Positions 8,349 through 18,791 of a stretch of DNA of 41,592 bases are shown here, piece by piece. How positions within the stretch are numbered: position 1 is the first letter of the stretch; each line of letters begins with the position of its first letter. The stretch is taken from the sequence record PV112476.1, one strand, 5' to 3'. This DNA is from Pseudomonas phage LPPA15. The notes below the pieces were generated by a model. That model did no database searches and had not been told where the DNA came from. It worked only from the letters and a program-made list of their open reading frames with translations. The position numbers and the translations under genes are program-made.

Positions 8349-10768
8349 TTAAGCGTCATCGTAAGCGATTCGGAATAAGTTGAATATTTACTATTCGAAA
8401 TAATTTGCGAATCTACGATAACTTCCAGCGTACCAACAAGGCCGGTAACGTTAAGCGTCGTACTGTTTCCGGTCGTCGTAACTGTCGTATAACCGCCAGC
8501 CCCTACGCGCCAGCGAATCCGGGTTTGCGTTCCGCTTTCCCGGTTGTCTGTTGTGTCGCCATAGACGCGCAAGGCGGTATCCGCGCGGCTGCGGTTGCGC
8601 CATGCTACGGCAATCGACGTTGCGCCCGTCTGCGGGGCTGGCGTGCGGCTTCCTGCAAGGGTTAGATACTGCGGCGGCAATGGCAGGCCCGCCCGGTTCG
8701 TTACGGCGCTGGAAAAGGCCGTAGCCGACCCAATCGGAAGCGTTGCGCTTGTCGTTTGGTCAAGAAGTTTAAGATAACCCGTCGTTCCGACCGAAAGAAG
8801 GTTGGGAACCAAGCCGTCGGCGGAACTAATGAACCAAACGCGGTCGTTTGCCGCATGGTTCGCCGGTATCGTATCCAAAACGCCGCGATACAGTTTCGGG
8901 AACGTAACTTGCCCGTTTCCATTATCGACGAAGCCCACATAAACGAATAGTTCGTTATTGACCATCAAGAAAGCCGACCCGTCGCGCGCTTGGTCAAGGG
9001 TCGTATATTGCATAAGCTTTTCGATAGCTGATTGCGCGACGCCTGTAACAACAAACGTCGAACTTGTGTCGTAACGGTCAGTTGCGGCAACGGTTGAAGC
9101 GTAAGCATTCAACAGCAAGCCGCCGCCGTTATAAGACGCATCGTTTAGCGCCAAGGTCGGGTCGGTTGCGAAGTTGTCAAGGCTAAACATACCGTCGAAC
9201 GAAATAGACGCATTGCCCGGCGCAACGGCTGCGCAATACAACCGCCCGGCATTGTCGAACGTCGCCGTCGTTTCGTTGCTGTCGTTGGAAGACAGGAAGG
9301 CGGGCGGCGTGAAAAGCAACCGGGTAACGACGTTTTGCGCGGCGGTATTTGTGGGCGTCCATCCTGAACCTTCGGGCGGGGCAAACGTAACCGTCGAAGA
9401 CGAAAAGCGGTCTTGAACGCAAGAAATCTTGATTTCGTTAGAAGTCAATTCGCCGAAATCAATTTTCGTAACGCGCATAACCATATTTGAAATATTAAAC
9501 GGCTTCCAGTTTAAAACGAATACGCTTCCGGGGCGCAAATCTTGCGCTTTGCGATTAACGACAATATCGCACTTATAAAGCGGAACGTTAAGCAACGACA
9601 ATTGACGCGACGCCAATACGGAAGCAACCGACGCAACAGCGCAGCCCGGAACGTTAATTTCGGTCGATTTAACGCGGTTTTGAAAATTGATATTCGCGAA
9701 GTCTTGCGTAATGGCTACGCTGTCATCGTAATTATTTGAACGGTCTTTGAACGTAACGCGACATTGGTTAAAGGTATTTTCCCAAGTCGTTTTTTGAAAG
9801 TTCTTCAAAGTCGAAATGCTGGATTCATCAAAGACGGGCAGGGCTGAAACCGTGTAATCTTGTCGAATCAATTTCGCAACAATTTTCGACGTTGCCGGGT
9901 CTTGATACAATACGCCGTCGGCAACGCGCATAACTTCTTCTAAAACGTCTTTGCCGGTAATCGCGGATTGAACAATAAGCGACATTCCCAAACCTTCGTT
10001 ATAAAGAGTTTGGGCACAAGCAACGAACGAAGTTAAATCAAGTTCCGACGGAAGATTTCCAAAACGGCCCCATTTTTGCGTAAAGGCGTCGTAAATAATT
10101 TCCATCGGATTAACGTCGTAACCGTTCGGCATAAGCGAATAAGTCGCATGAAGGCCAGACGTAAGACGCGACAGTTCAAAGCTAAATGCCTTCGGCGTCG
10201 TACTGGTTCCAATATAAAACGCTTTGAAAACCGCACGCGCGAAGCCGTTATAAGCCGGAACGTTTGCGCCGATTTTTGAAACCAAATAAGAATCTTGCGG
10301 CGGGTCAAAACGGCCATCGTAAAACGTCATTGTTCCTTGAAGCCCGCCGCCTTCTTTTTCGCCGCCAAACAAATTCGGAAGGTTAATCGAAACGTCGCCG
10401 GAAGAAATATTGCCCGACCAAATTTCGTAAGTATCCGCCCAAATCTTACGAAGTTTAACGCCGGGGCCAAGGCACAAAATGCAATCAATGCCCATATAAT
10501 TTTTATATCCGACCGTAACGCGCTTCGAACTGAACAGGCCGGTTTTCACCTTTTCGGTAATCGCGACCGGGCGAAAGTCGCCGTACCAAGCCGTTATCGG
10601 CGATTTCTGGCGCACGGTTCCCCACACTAGGGGCATGGGGTCGCCATGCTTAGACCGTGGAAATTGGAAGTCGCCAAGCTTCGCCGCGCGGGCGTTTTCA
10701 ATGTTCGGCTTTGGGGTAAGCGCCGCAACCAAAAGAAGGGCGACGATAAAAACGACTAAGTACCACAT
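8345..10768 (-). CDS. Large distal tail / central fibre protein (lambda J / GTA host-specificity-like)
   Basis: 807 aa, last gene of the tail operon. Region ...NGFARAVFKAFYIGTSTTPKAFSFELSRL resembles the N-terminal Phage-tail_3 motif as recalled. Hydrophobic N-terminus. Confidence 0.45.
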   Translation of the reverse strand: MWYLVVFIVALLLVAALTPKPNIENARAAKLGDFQFPRSKHGDPMPLVWGTVRQKSPITAWYGDFRPVAITEKVKTGLFSSKRVTVGYKNYMGIDCILCLGPGVKLRKIWADTYEIWSGNISSGDVSINLPNLFGGEKEGGGLQGTMTFYDGRFDPPQDSYLVSKIGANVPAYNGFARAVFKAFYIGTSTTPKAFSFELSRLTSGLHATYSLMPNGYDVNPMEIIYDAFTQKWGRFGNLPSELDLTSFVACAQTLYNEGLGMSLIVQSAITGKDVLEEVMRVADGVLYQDPATSKIVAKLIRQDYTVSALPVFDESSISTLKNFQKTTWENTFNQCRVTFKDRSNNYDDSVAITQDFANINFQNRVKSTEINVPGCAVASVASVLASRQLSLLNVPLYKCDIVVNRKAQDLRPGSVFVLNWKPFNISNMVMRVTKIDFGELTSNEIKISCVQDRFSSSTVTFAPPEGSGWTPTNTAAQNVVTRLLFTPPAFLSSNDSNETTATFDNAGRLYCAAVAPGNASISFDGMFSLDNFATDPTLALNDASYNGGGLLLNAYASTVAATDRYDTSSTFVVTGVAQSAIEKLMQYTTLDQARDGSAFLMVNNELFVYVGFVDNGNGQVTFPKLYRGVLDTIPANHAANDRVWFISSADGLVPNLLSVGTTGYLKLLDQTTSATLPIGSATAFSSAVTNRAGLPLPPQYLTLAGSRTPAPQTGATSIAVAWRNRSRADTALRVYGDTTDNRESGTQTRIRWRVGAGGYTTVTTTGNSTTLNVTGLVGTLEVIVDSQIISNSKYSTYSESLTMTLN

Positions 10769-11593
10769 TTATTTAACCCCTGTAACGAATACGTTATTCG
10801 ATTCGCCCGGAACAAACGGGCAACCGCCGAAATTGCGTTGATTTGCGAATTTAGGGCAACCGTTCGCGCCTGAATAAGAATGGTCGCAACCTGCCGTAAC
10901 TTGAATCGAAGTACCAACAGCAATTCGGCTAAATTCATAATTGACGGTTAGAACTGTTCCCGATTGATTTACAATCATTCGACGTTCATTGCGCGCCGGA
11001 ATGGCGATTTCGCCACCGATAAACCAACCGTTCGGAAAAGCCCCAAGCGAAGGAATCGAAATATTCCGACCTTCGATTGCCGTAACTTGTGTATCTAACG
11101 AATTAGCAACGCGCGAAACCTTGCAAAGTTCGTCGAACAAAACGTTATTGCAAGGCGGTTGAACATACACGTTCGGGATATTGCCTTGCAGAATCGAACC
11201 GAACTTAGAAGGAATGCGGAAAGTCGCGAATTCGTCATTTACAGTAATTGACGCAATCGGCCCTTTCCAGTAAGGAACAAACGAAGTTGCGTCGCGCTGC
11301 AAACGGTAAATTGTCAAAGCAAGCGAAGGCGGCGTAGTTTGAAACGCATAATCTTTAACGATTTGTTCCGTAATTGGAACTTCTATCGTAATATCTACGC
11401 TGTCATCTTCGTGCGTTCCTACTTTCAACCCGCCGCGTTTAAGGCCCGGAACCGGGTTATAAACCGAACCGTTAAACGTATGCGCCAAATTGTCGGAAGT
11501 CATAAAATAATTACGATATGTTCCGACGAATTCGAACAGTTCAAAGGGCGCGCTATCGCTTAAACTTTTTTCTTTGTCGTCGTAATCAGACAT
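10769..11593 (-). CDS. Tail tip / baseplate-hub-like protein with a Cys-rich C-terminus
   Basis: Position in the tail tip module; C-terminal GCDHSYSGANGCPKF...GGCPF. Confidence 0.35.
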   Translation of the reverse strand: MSDYDDKEKSLSDSAPFELFEFVGTYRNYFMTSDNLAHTFNGSVYNPVPGLKRGGLKVGTHEDDSVDITIEVPITEQIVKDYAFQTTPPSLALTIYRLQRDATSFVPYWKGPIASITVNDEFATFRIPSKFGSILQGNIPNVYVQPPCNNVLFDELCKVSRVANSLDTQVTAIEGRNISIPSLGAFPNGWFIGGEIAIPARNERRMIVNQSGTVLTVNYEFSRIAVGTSIQVTAGCDHSYSGANGCPKFANQRNFGGCPFVPGESNNVFVTGVK

Positions 11594-11594
11594 A

Positions 11595-13307
11595 TTAAGG
11601 TTCCGCCGTTCTAATGGAAAGATTCAACAGGCTTTCAAGCCCGTAATGCTTCCATTCTATCTTATCATCGTTCAAACGAACAGGTAACAAATACGAAATG
11701 CGCGAAACGTTGCGCCAGCCTGCGCCAGTTGGAAGCGGCGTCGTTAAAAGAATAATCGTATTCGAACCCGTTACGCTTGCGCCTGTTATTTGCGTTCGAT
11801 GAATGCCCGAAGCTGTTTCAATTTCGATATAGCGATGCGTGATAATCGGCCAAATCTTTTCGGCGTATTGCGTGCCTTCGATTGTGTATGTCGTCGTTGC
11901 ATCCGAAGGCGCGACGGCCAATTTCATATCGTCGCGATATGTGGGCATCCAGAATTTGCGCGCTTGACCCCGGCAGTATGCAAAGACTGTTTTCCAATAG
12001 TCCATTTCGTCGGGCGCTTTGATACGATTTACTTTAAAAGTTCGCGGCCCGCCAATGCGGCTATAATCCCAACGCGAAATAATATCCGGCAATCCGGTTT
12101 GATTGTCGATTGAAACTTGGCCGGTCGAAACTTCGTCTTTAACCAATTCGTCGGCAAGCGGGCGTTTATCTACGACAGGCGAACCAAGGAAAGTCGGAAG
12201 CGTTACGGCGGAACCTGTACGGGTAAGCGCCGAACGTTGCCGAATCATCTTGCAAATAAGCGTCGTTTCTGCGGCCTGATTTACGGCGTAACGGTCGATT
12301 GAAGTTTGGTTGTCAATAAGTGCGGGCGAACCCGGCATGATTAAAGAATTCGCCGGAATATCCGCAGTAAGCGGCGAAGTTACAGTTCCGCCGCTTGCGT
12401 TAAGTGCGTTGATTTCAACAAGCATTGCGGTAACTGGCGTTTGAATTAAAACATAATCGCCCGCGCGAATGTCTGTTTGCGTGTTATCGTAATAAACTTG
12501 AAGACTTCCGCTTGCACTTGCTGCGGTTGTTCGCGTTGCGTATTGATATTCGGGAATCCAAAGCCGCCCAATAGACGAAGCCAAATCCGAATAAAAGCGA
12601 CGGATTGATTCGCTAGAATCAAACTTTACTTTCAAATTCAATTCAACGCGCGGCATTTCGCCGCGAAGTGCTATACGCTGTTCGGTTCCATCGGTCGCAA
12701 TCATCAAATCCGACAACCATTCCCAAGTTTCATTAACCGGAACTTCGGGCACAATGTCGAATTTAACGGCGCGCGTTCCTGTAATCAGAATCGGCAATGG
12801 GTCGGCGACGTTGGAAAAATCAAATTGAACTTCGACGCTGATATTAGGCGGGCCGCTTGTTCCTACGGTAATATCGTAAGTCAATTCTTGAAGCGGCGGC
12901 ATTGAATACGGCACGGCTTGGCCTGAAATTTCAATGCCAACAGGGTTCGAAACCAATACGTCGGAAAGTTGCGCAGCCGTAAAAGGCCAAGCGTTCCAAA
13001 CTTTAAATTGGCGTGTTTGCGACGACGCTACGGTTTGCAAATCCAGTTTAAGCGGCGAAACATGAACGCGAAAATAATAGTCTTGAAAAAACGATTGTTG
13101 AACGTTGCCCACAATACCAAGATTGTTTCCGGGCGCGATTCGAAACGGGTTGCGCGGCCCGTAAATTGCGAAGCCGCTTACCAATGTTTTGTAATTAAGC
13201 GGGGCAAAGGCGGCGGGCGTATTTTCGTTCAAATCCGAAGAAATGTACGGGTTAATTTCGCCGCCTTTAAAACCAGCTTCTAAAATTCCTGCAAGTCTTC
13301 CGGCCAT
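11595..13307 (-). CDS. Tail protein (distal tail / baseplate candidate)
   Basis: 570 aa in the structural operon between the paralog pair and the tip proteins. Confidence 0.35.
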   Translation of the reverse strand: MAGRLAGILEAGFKGGEINPYISSDLNENTPAAFAPLNYKTLVSGFAIYGPRNPFRIAPGNNLGIVGNVQQSFFQDYYFRVHVSPLKLDLQTVASSQTRQFKVWNAWPFTAAQLSDVLVSNPVGIEISGQAVPYSMPPLQELTYDITVGTSGPPNISVEVQFDFSNVADPLPILITGTRAVKFDIVPEVPVNETWEWLSDLMIATDGTEQRIALRGEMPRVELNLKVKFDSSESIRRFYSDLASSIGRLWIPEYQYATRTTAASASGSLQVYYDNTQTDIRAGDYVLIQTPVTAMLVEINALNASGGTVTSPLTADIPANSLIMPGSPALIDNQTSIDRYAVNQAAETTLICKMIRQRSALTRTGSAVTLPTFLGSPVVDKRPLADELVKDEVSTGQVSIDNQTGLPDIISRWDYSRIGGPRTFKVNRIKAPDEMDYWKTVFAYCRGQARKFWMPTYRDDMKLAVAPSDATTTYTIEGTQYAEKIWPIITHRYIEIETASGIHRTQITGASVTGSNTIILLTTPLPTGAGWRNVSRISYLLPVRLNDDKIEWKHYGLESLLNLSIRTAEP

Positions 13308-13310
13308 GTT

Positions 13311-14237
13311 TTAGCTTCCGGTGTATTTGATTGCGTAACCCCAAGTTCCCGAATGTTGCGCGCCTGTTGAATAATTTACGCCGTCGCGAACTGTTGCGTT
13401 TTTTCTATGGAACGGGTAGCATTTCCATTGTTCGGAACCGAACGTAATAATTTCGCCCGGAACAACGTTGTCGATTCGCATATAGCGAACGTTTCGCGGA
13501 TTTGCGACGATTGTTCTTCCGTTGTCGAATCGGAATTGAATTGCTTTTACCGGAACTAATACGTTAGCGTTATTGCCAAGGTTCGGCATTGCAGTAAGAA
13601 GGCCCGCAGCATACGACATACCTTGCAAGCCGGTTCCAATTGTGCCGTTTTCTGCGGTCTTCCAGCCTACCGAATCAAGCCCGGCATGTACGAAGCTTGC
13701 TTGCTGCGAACCTGAATTGTTGGCATGGGCGAATAGTCCGACAGTTTGCCCGGCTTGATAACCTATACCCGCCGAACTTGCGCTGGCAGTCCAATAAACC
13801 ATGCGGTTACCAGCCGACGTTAGGCTAATTGTTGAATGATAAGCGCCTGTAAACCATGCGCCAGTACCGCCGATGCCCGGAACGTCGGATTTTCCGAATG
13901 AAATTTGTTGGTAAAAATCCGAATTGTAATTGATTACGCAATAAACTTCGTCGGGGTTCGTGAAAACGTGAATTTCGTAGTTAATCGGGAACGTTATTGC
14001 ATAGCCGGTAATGCTTCCAAGCCTAGCCCCGGCAGTATGCGCCCCGGTAAGCGTCGAACCGCTTTGGCCCGTTCCGCCGTCAATTTGAAGATAATTCGAA
14101 GCGTTGGAAAGTTTGAAGAAACAACCGTTCTTCGACAAAATGCCGCTTGAAAGCGTCCAACCGTTCGCCGTGCAAGCATTTTGCAAAGCGGTTTGAAGGT
14201 CGGCGAAAGTTGCGGCGGTTCCGGTAATGTATGCCAT
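13311..14237 (-). CDS. Tail protein, paralog B (fibre/receptor-binding candidate)
   Basis: 308 aa; shares the N-terminal M-x-Y-x-x-G-T...ANGWT signature with the adjacent gene. Confidence 0.35.
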   Translation of the reverse strand: MAYITGTAATFADLQTALQNACTANGWTLSSGILSKNGCFFKLSNASNYLQIDGGTGQSGSTLTGAHTAGARLGSITGYAITFPINYEIHVFTNPDEVYCVINYNSDFYQQISFGKSDVPGIGGTGAWFTGAYHSTISLTSAGNRMVYWTASASSAGIGYQAGQTVGLFAHANNSGSQQASFVHAGLDSVGWKTAENGTIGTGLQGMSYAAGLLTAMPNLGNNANVLVPVKAIQFRFDNGRTIVANPRNVRYMRIDNVVPGEIITFGSEQWKCYPFHRKNATVRDGVNYSTGAQHSGTWGYAIKYTGS

Positions 14238-14241
14238 GTTA

Positions 14242-15204
14242 TTAACTCATTTCAATAGCGACGAAATCGCGCCAAGTTGTACGATTGACGTTTTGCGCCA
14301 TTACGAAGGCGCGACCGCTAACCGCCCGGATTGCATCAACGGCTTGTTTTACCGTCATGCCTGTTTGGTCAATTGTGGAACTTCCGCCCATTTGAACAAC
14401 GTTTTCGACGGCATTATTAAAACCCGAACAGTAATAAACGCCGTCAAGTTCGCCCCAAATATTCGAAGGGTTCGAAGTTGAATCCTGTTGGCCTAGAATA
14501 ATCGGTTCAAGCTGATAATAAACATCGGCGGGAACCATACAATTTGACGTTTGCGGCCCGGCAAGTGCGTTAGAACTTGAATTTCGATTTGTGAAAGGAT
14601 GCGACCAAACTTTGTTCCAGTTTCCCGACAAATCGCGAAGCCAAAGATAACAGTTCGTCGAATCGTAATAAACGCCCGGATATGGGAATTGTTGCGTCGT
14701 ATCGCTAAAACGCTTCAATTCCGCACCGTTGAACATTCCGGCATTAACAAGCGGCGAAGGATATTCGCCCGGTCTTGCATACGGAAACATTTTGCCGACA
14801 TAGAAATGTTCATAAACCGGCGTTCCTACTTTAAGACAAGCGACGATGCGTTGCGCGTTTGCTGTCATAAAATAAGTAATCGCGTTATTGTGGGCAGGAA
14901 CGCCGGAAGCTTTGAAACCCGGTTGCGCCGCAAACGCATTTCCGCTAACGTATCCGGTGAAAGTTGCGGCCAAAATGTTGTAATAATCGCCGGTTGTACT
15001 TTGGTACGTTTGAAAGCCTATGTAAATTTCTTCGGCCCCGGACAAACCAAGCGATTTCAAAATAAGTTCGCGGTTTGCCGAAGCGGTATCGTAACGAAGC
15101 GTTGTCCATCCGTTAGCTTCGGCAAGCGTCTTAATTACGCCCAATAATTGATAATGGCAATCATCGCCGCCGCCCTTCGTTACTGTTCCGATTGCGTAAC
15201 CCAT
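14242..15204 (-). CDS. Tail protein, paralog A (fibre/receptor-binding candidate)
   Basis: 320 aa immediately downstream of the tape measure (ATGA-type junction at 15204). N-terminus MGYAIGT...ANGWTT. Confidence 0.35.
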   Translation of the reverse strand: MGYAIGTVTKGGGDDCHYQLLGVIKTLAEANGWTTLRYDTASANRELILKSLGLSGAEEIYIGFQTYQSTTGDYYNILAATFTGYVSGNAFAAQPGFKASGVPAHNNAITYFMTANAQRIVACLKVGTPVYEHFYVGKMFPYARPGEYPSPLVNAGMFNGAELKRFSDTTQQFPYPGVYYDSTNCYLWLRDLSGNWNKVWSHPFTNRNSSSNALAGPQTSNCMVPADVYYQLEPIILGQQDSTSNPSNIWGELDGVYYCSGFNNAVENVVQMGGSSTIDQTGMTVKQAVDAIRAVSGRAFVMAQNVNRTTWRDFVAIEMS

Positions 15205-18200
15205 TATTTAACCCCTACAATTTTCGCAACCGTCGAACCGTTTTGTTCGATGGTTTCAATAATAAATGCTTGACCTTCGGAAGACTTCAAACCGGCCAAG
15301 GCGGCTTCTTTCGATTGTACCACTACGGCATTAAAAGGAACATTGACAATCGGCGCGGGCGCTGCGGCGGGCGCATTGCCCACACTAGCCGCCCCGGCCT
15401 GTTCGCCGTTCCGTTGCACGTTCGCCGCGCCAGCCTGCAAGGCTTGCAGATTCGCGACGCCAATTCGTGCCGTTGCGTTTGCGTCCATAACGTATTCGCG
15501 ACCATGCACAACGCCAGCAACTTCATTAACGCCAATCGACCCGGTATAACCGCCGTCTTTAAATCCGGCGTTTTGGCTGCGGATTTGTTGAACGTTCGCC
15601 AAGCCTGCGGCAATAGCTGCGGCGGCTGCGGCTGCGCCCAACGCCGGGCCGACGTAAGGAATCGAAGCCATCGCAGCGTATGCGCTTGTTGCGCTTTGGT
15701 AAGTCGAAATCATGGCTTGCGCAATTGCGGCGGCTTTGCCAACTGCGGCCATTTTCTTGTTACCGGACTTTTGCAACGCGGCCAAGTTTCCGAAAAAGCT
15801 ATTTGCCGCGTTCAAATGCACGTTTTGGCGCTGCAATTCAATTTGCATTGAAGCCGAAGCGTATTCCTGTTCGGTAATTAAGCGTTCGTCATACATGCGC
15901 TTAATTTGGTCGTTATACGTTTGATACATTGCCAATTGTGCGTCAATATTGCTTTGGAAGTTCGTTGTATCGACGCCCATTCCTTGCAGCATGGAATTAG
16001 TCGCGTTCGCTTGGTCGCCTGCGGTAAAACCCGACGATTGATTAGCGCGAAGATTTTTAATCGCGGTCAATTGGTCGATAAAGGCTTGGCGCTTGGTTAC
16101 GCTGGCATCCATTAACGCGGCTTCCTGTTGGGAAACGGCGTTTAGTTGCTGAATAACCGTAAGCTTTTCGCGAAGTGCGGCGGTTTCCGCTTGTGTCAGT
16201 ACGACGCCCTTTTGCAAAAGGTCGTTACTGATTTGCATAATTTGCTGTTCGACTTCGCGTTGTTTCGGCAACATTTGCAACAACGTTTGTTGCTGTTCTA
16301 GTTCCTTGTTGTACTGATAAAGCGGGTCGGTCGCTTGCTTATAAGCTTCGCCCGCTTTGGTAATTTGTTGGTTATATTGCTGTTGCGTAATAACGCCTTG
16401 CGACAACAGCTTTTGCGCTGCGGTAATATTGGCGTTATAGTCGCGTTGCGGCCCTACGGCTTCTTCGTAAATTCTATCGTAAGCTTGTTGAATATCCTTC
16501 GCTTCCTGAATCGCTTTAATCTTTTCTTTGATTGCGGCGGCTTCGTCTTGCGAAAGCTTAATTTTCTTACCCAACAACTGTTCTTCGATTTGGTCGAACC
16601 GGGCTTGCGCTTCGCGTTCCGGCTTCAACATATACATACGCGACAATTCGTTATCAAGTTCGGCGTTAATTTTGGCAAGCGCAGTTGCGCGCTTTTCCGC
16701 AGCCTTGGCGGCTTTTTCGTCGATAGCGTTAGGCGTCAAGTTCGGGCCAGTACCGCGCAAGGCCGAACCTTGACCTTCGGCGGCTTTACGCTTCGCCGCA
16801 ATATCGCGGGCGCGGGCCATGAATGCGTTTGCAGCGTCGCCGACGTAATCTTTATTAAATGCGTCGGTAAATGCCTTGCCAACTTCGGCGGCTGCGCCCT
16901 TAGCGGCATCGCCGACTTGCATACGCGGAAGCTTAATCGTCGCAGCATCAAGCGCAGCATTAAGACGCCCGGCCATATCCGGCGCAACTTCGGCCCCAAG
17001 TTCGGCAATTTTGCGCAAGCCAACTTGCCAAGCATTAACGACAGTTTCGACCGCGCTTGCGCCGAAATTGACGACGGAAGCGAAGACGTATTGCATAACG
17101 TCGGGGAATTTGTCCCAAATAACCTTAATCGCGTTGAATGCGCCGACCCAACTTGCAATTACGAAATTAACGTAGCCTTTTACGGCTTTTACGATAAAGT
17201 TTCCGACGTTTCGGAACTGTTCGCCCCAACCTTCCGTTTTGCTATTTACCCAATCAATCGCCGTATTCCAAACGCTTTTAATCCATTCAGCGGCAACGCC
17301 CGCAGCATCGCTAATATAAGCGAAGGCGGTTCGGAACATATCTTTAAGCGTTACGGATTTATCGGCGGTTACTGCGATTTCGTCGCCGAATACGGTAATC
17401 GCGGCAATTGCTGCGGTAATGCCCACAACAAGCAAGCCGATAGGGTTTGCGGCAAGCGCGGCGGTAAAGGCCCAAACAGCGGAAGCCGCCGAACTGATAG
17501 CCGCAACCAACGTCGGGCCGAACGCGACCAACAGCGCAGCCCCGGCAATCGCAGCCGCTACGGCAAGCGCCTTCATATTTTCGGCAAGGAAGATAATTAC
17601 TTTCGAAATGCCGGAAGTAATGCCCAATTGTTTGTTAATTTCGCCGAACGTTTGCGTCGCATTGTTTTTAAGAACGGTCATCGCCTGCGACAATGTGGGC
17701 ACCGTCTTTCCAAATTTTTCATCAATGCCCTTTGCGGCATCGTTGAAAGCATCGACCATAACTTGCGCCGTAATCTTGCCTTGCGGGGCAAGCTTCAACA
17801 GTTCGCCGCGCGTAACGCCCAAGCGTTTAGCGATTGCGTCGGCGGCATTCGGCATAAGTTCCATAACCGAACGGAATTCGTCGCCGTCTAGTTTGCCTTT
17901 GTTGAATGCCTGCGAAAGTTGCAGCAACGCGGAACCGGCTTCGGTAGAAGTTGCGCCAGAAACGACAAGCATTTTATTAACTGTTTCAGTAAGCCGCAAC
18001 GAATCTTGTTGCGATTTGCCAAGGTTTTTCAACGCCATATCGAAGCGCGTAAAAGCTTGCGCCGTTTCCTGTACCGGCGTTCGCGTCTTGTTGGCTACGT
18101 TAAACAGTTCGTTGGTAAGTTCCGTAACCTGTCGTTCGGAATCCGAAACGTTTTGCAACTTGTTTTGAAGTACCGTATAAGCGTCGGCACTTTGCAAAAT

Positions 18201-18788
18201 GGCTTGCGCCGATAGACCTACGCCGACAAGCGCAGCCGCCCCGCGAACAAACGACATAATCGACGACGCCGCGCGCTGCGACGATTGCGCGGCCCTGTCT
18301 TGGGCCTGTTGTAGCCGAAGCGCAGCCAACGCCGCCCGGTCGCTTGCCGCCGCCGCATTGGCCGTTTGCGTAGCCGTGCGGGCCTGTTCGGTTGCCAGAC
18401 GTTGCGCGGCTGTCTGGCCTTGCGCTTGGGCCGTATTGGCGCGCGTCGTTGCTGCGGCTAGGTTTTGGGCTGCGGTTTGGCTTTGCGTTGCTGCGGTCGT
18501 AACGCGCTGTTGCGCTGCGGCGGCTTGCGCGGCTGCGGTTGCGGTTCGCTGTTGTTCGGTTGCCAGACGTTGCGCGGCGACGGCCCCGGCTTGAAGCTGG
18601 CGCGTAGCATTGGCCGAAGCGTTAATAAGTTGCGACAACCCGCCGACATTGATTGCGGCAAGTTGGGTTTGCAAGTTCTTAACGGCGGCGTCGGCGCTTC
18701 GGGCTTCGGTTGCGATTCGATTAAGCTTCGTCGAAATAGAAGGCGAAACCTTATCGGCAATTTCGATGCTAATATTTTCGTCTGCCAT
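15204..18788 (-). CDS. Tail tape measure protein
   Basis: 1194 aa, Ala/Gln-rich coiled-coil N-terminus, hydrophobic central segments, located after the G/GT chaperones. Confidence 0.8.
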   Translation of the reverse strand: MADENISIEIADKVSPSISTKLNRIATEARSADAAVKNLQTQLAAINVGGLSQLINASANATRQLQAGAVAAQRLATEQQRTATAAAQAAAAQQRVTTAATQSQTAAQNLAAATTRANTAQAQGQTAAQRLATEQARTATQTANAAAASDRAALAALRLQQAQDRAAQSSQRAASSIMSFVRGAAALVGVGLSAQAILQSADAYTVLQNKLQNVSDSERQVTELTNELFNVANKTRTPVQETAQAFTRFDMALKNLGKSQQDSLRLTETVNKMLVVSGATSTEAGSALLQLSQAFNKGKLDGDEFRSVMELMPNAADAIAKRLGVTRGELLKLAPQGKITAQVMVDAFNDAAKGIDEKFGKTVPTLSQAMTVLKNNATQTFGEINKQLGITSGISKVIIFLAENMKALAVAAAIAGAALLVAFGPTLVAAISSAASAVWAFTAALAANPIGLLVVGITAAIAAITVFGDEIAVTADKSVTLKDMFRTAFAYISDAAGVAAEWIKSVWNTAIDWVNSKTEGWGEQFRNVGNFIVKAVKGYVNFVIASWVGAFNAIKVIWDKFPDVMQYVFASVVNFGASAVETVVNAWQVGLRKIAELGAEVAPDMAGRLNAALDAATIKLPRMQVGDAAKGAAAEVGKAFTDAFNKDYVGDAANAFMARARDIAAKRKAAEGQGSALRGTGPNLTPNAIDEKAAKAAEKRATALAKINAELDNELSRMYMLKPEREAQARFDQIEEQLLGKKIKLSQDEAAAIKEKIKAIQEAKDIQQAYDRIYEEAVGPQRDYNANITAAQKLLSQGVITQQQYNQQITKAGEAYKQATDPLYQYNKELEQQQTLLQMLPKQREVEQQIMQISNDLLQKGVVLTQAETAALREKLTVIQQLNAVSQQEAALMDASVTKRQAFIDQLTAIKNLRANQSSGFTAGDQANATNSMLQGMGVDTTNFQSNIDAQLAMYQTYNDQIKRMYDERLITEQEYASASMQIELQRQNVHLNAANSFFGNLAALQKSGNKKMAAVGKAAAIAQAMISTYQSATSAYAAMASIPYVGPALGAAAAAAAIAAGLANVQQIRSQNAGFKDGGYTGSIGVNEVAGVVHGREYVMDANATARIGVANLQALQAGAANVQRNGEQAGAASVGNAPAAAPAPIVNVPFNAVVVQSKEAALAGLKSSEGQAFIIETIEQNGSTVAKIVGVK
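18220..18600 (-). repeat. Tandem repeat of about 168 bp inside the tape-measure 5' region (two copies; GTTGCCAGACGTTGCGCGGC at about 18391 and 18560).
   Basis: A 56-aa repeat AAQRLATEQ(Q/A)RTAT... in the protein and a repeated 20-mer in the DNA. Confidence 0.55.
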
Positions 18789-18791
18789 TTC

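Noticed and set aside
16335-17891. 518-aa plus-strand ORF antisense to the tape-measure gene, and similar antisense ORFs (for example 20581..21642, 23432..24613, 26321..27325, 38608..39255)
   Set aside because: They lie entirely inside long, well-supported minus-strand structural genes and have junk-like Arg/Phe/Asn-rich composition with no motifs. They are typical shadow ORFs of this TTCG/CGAA-biased sequence.
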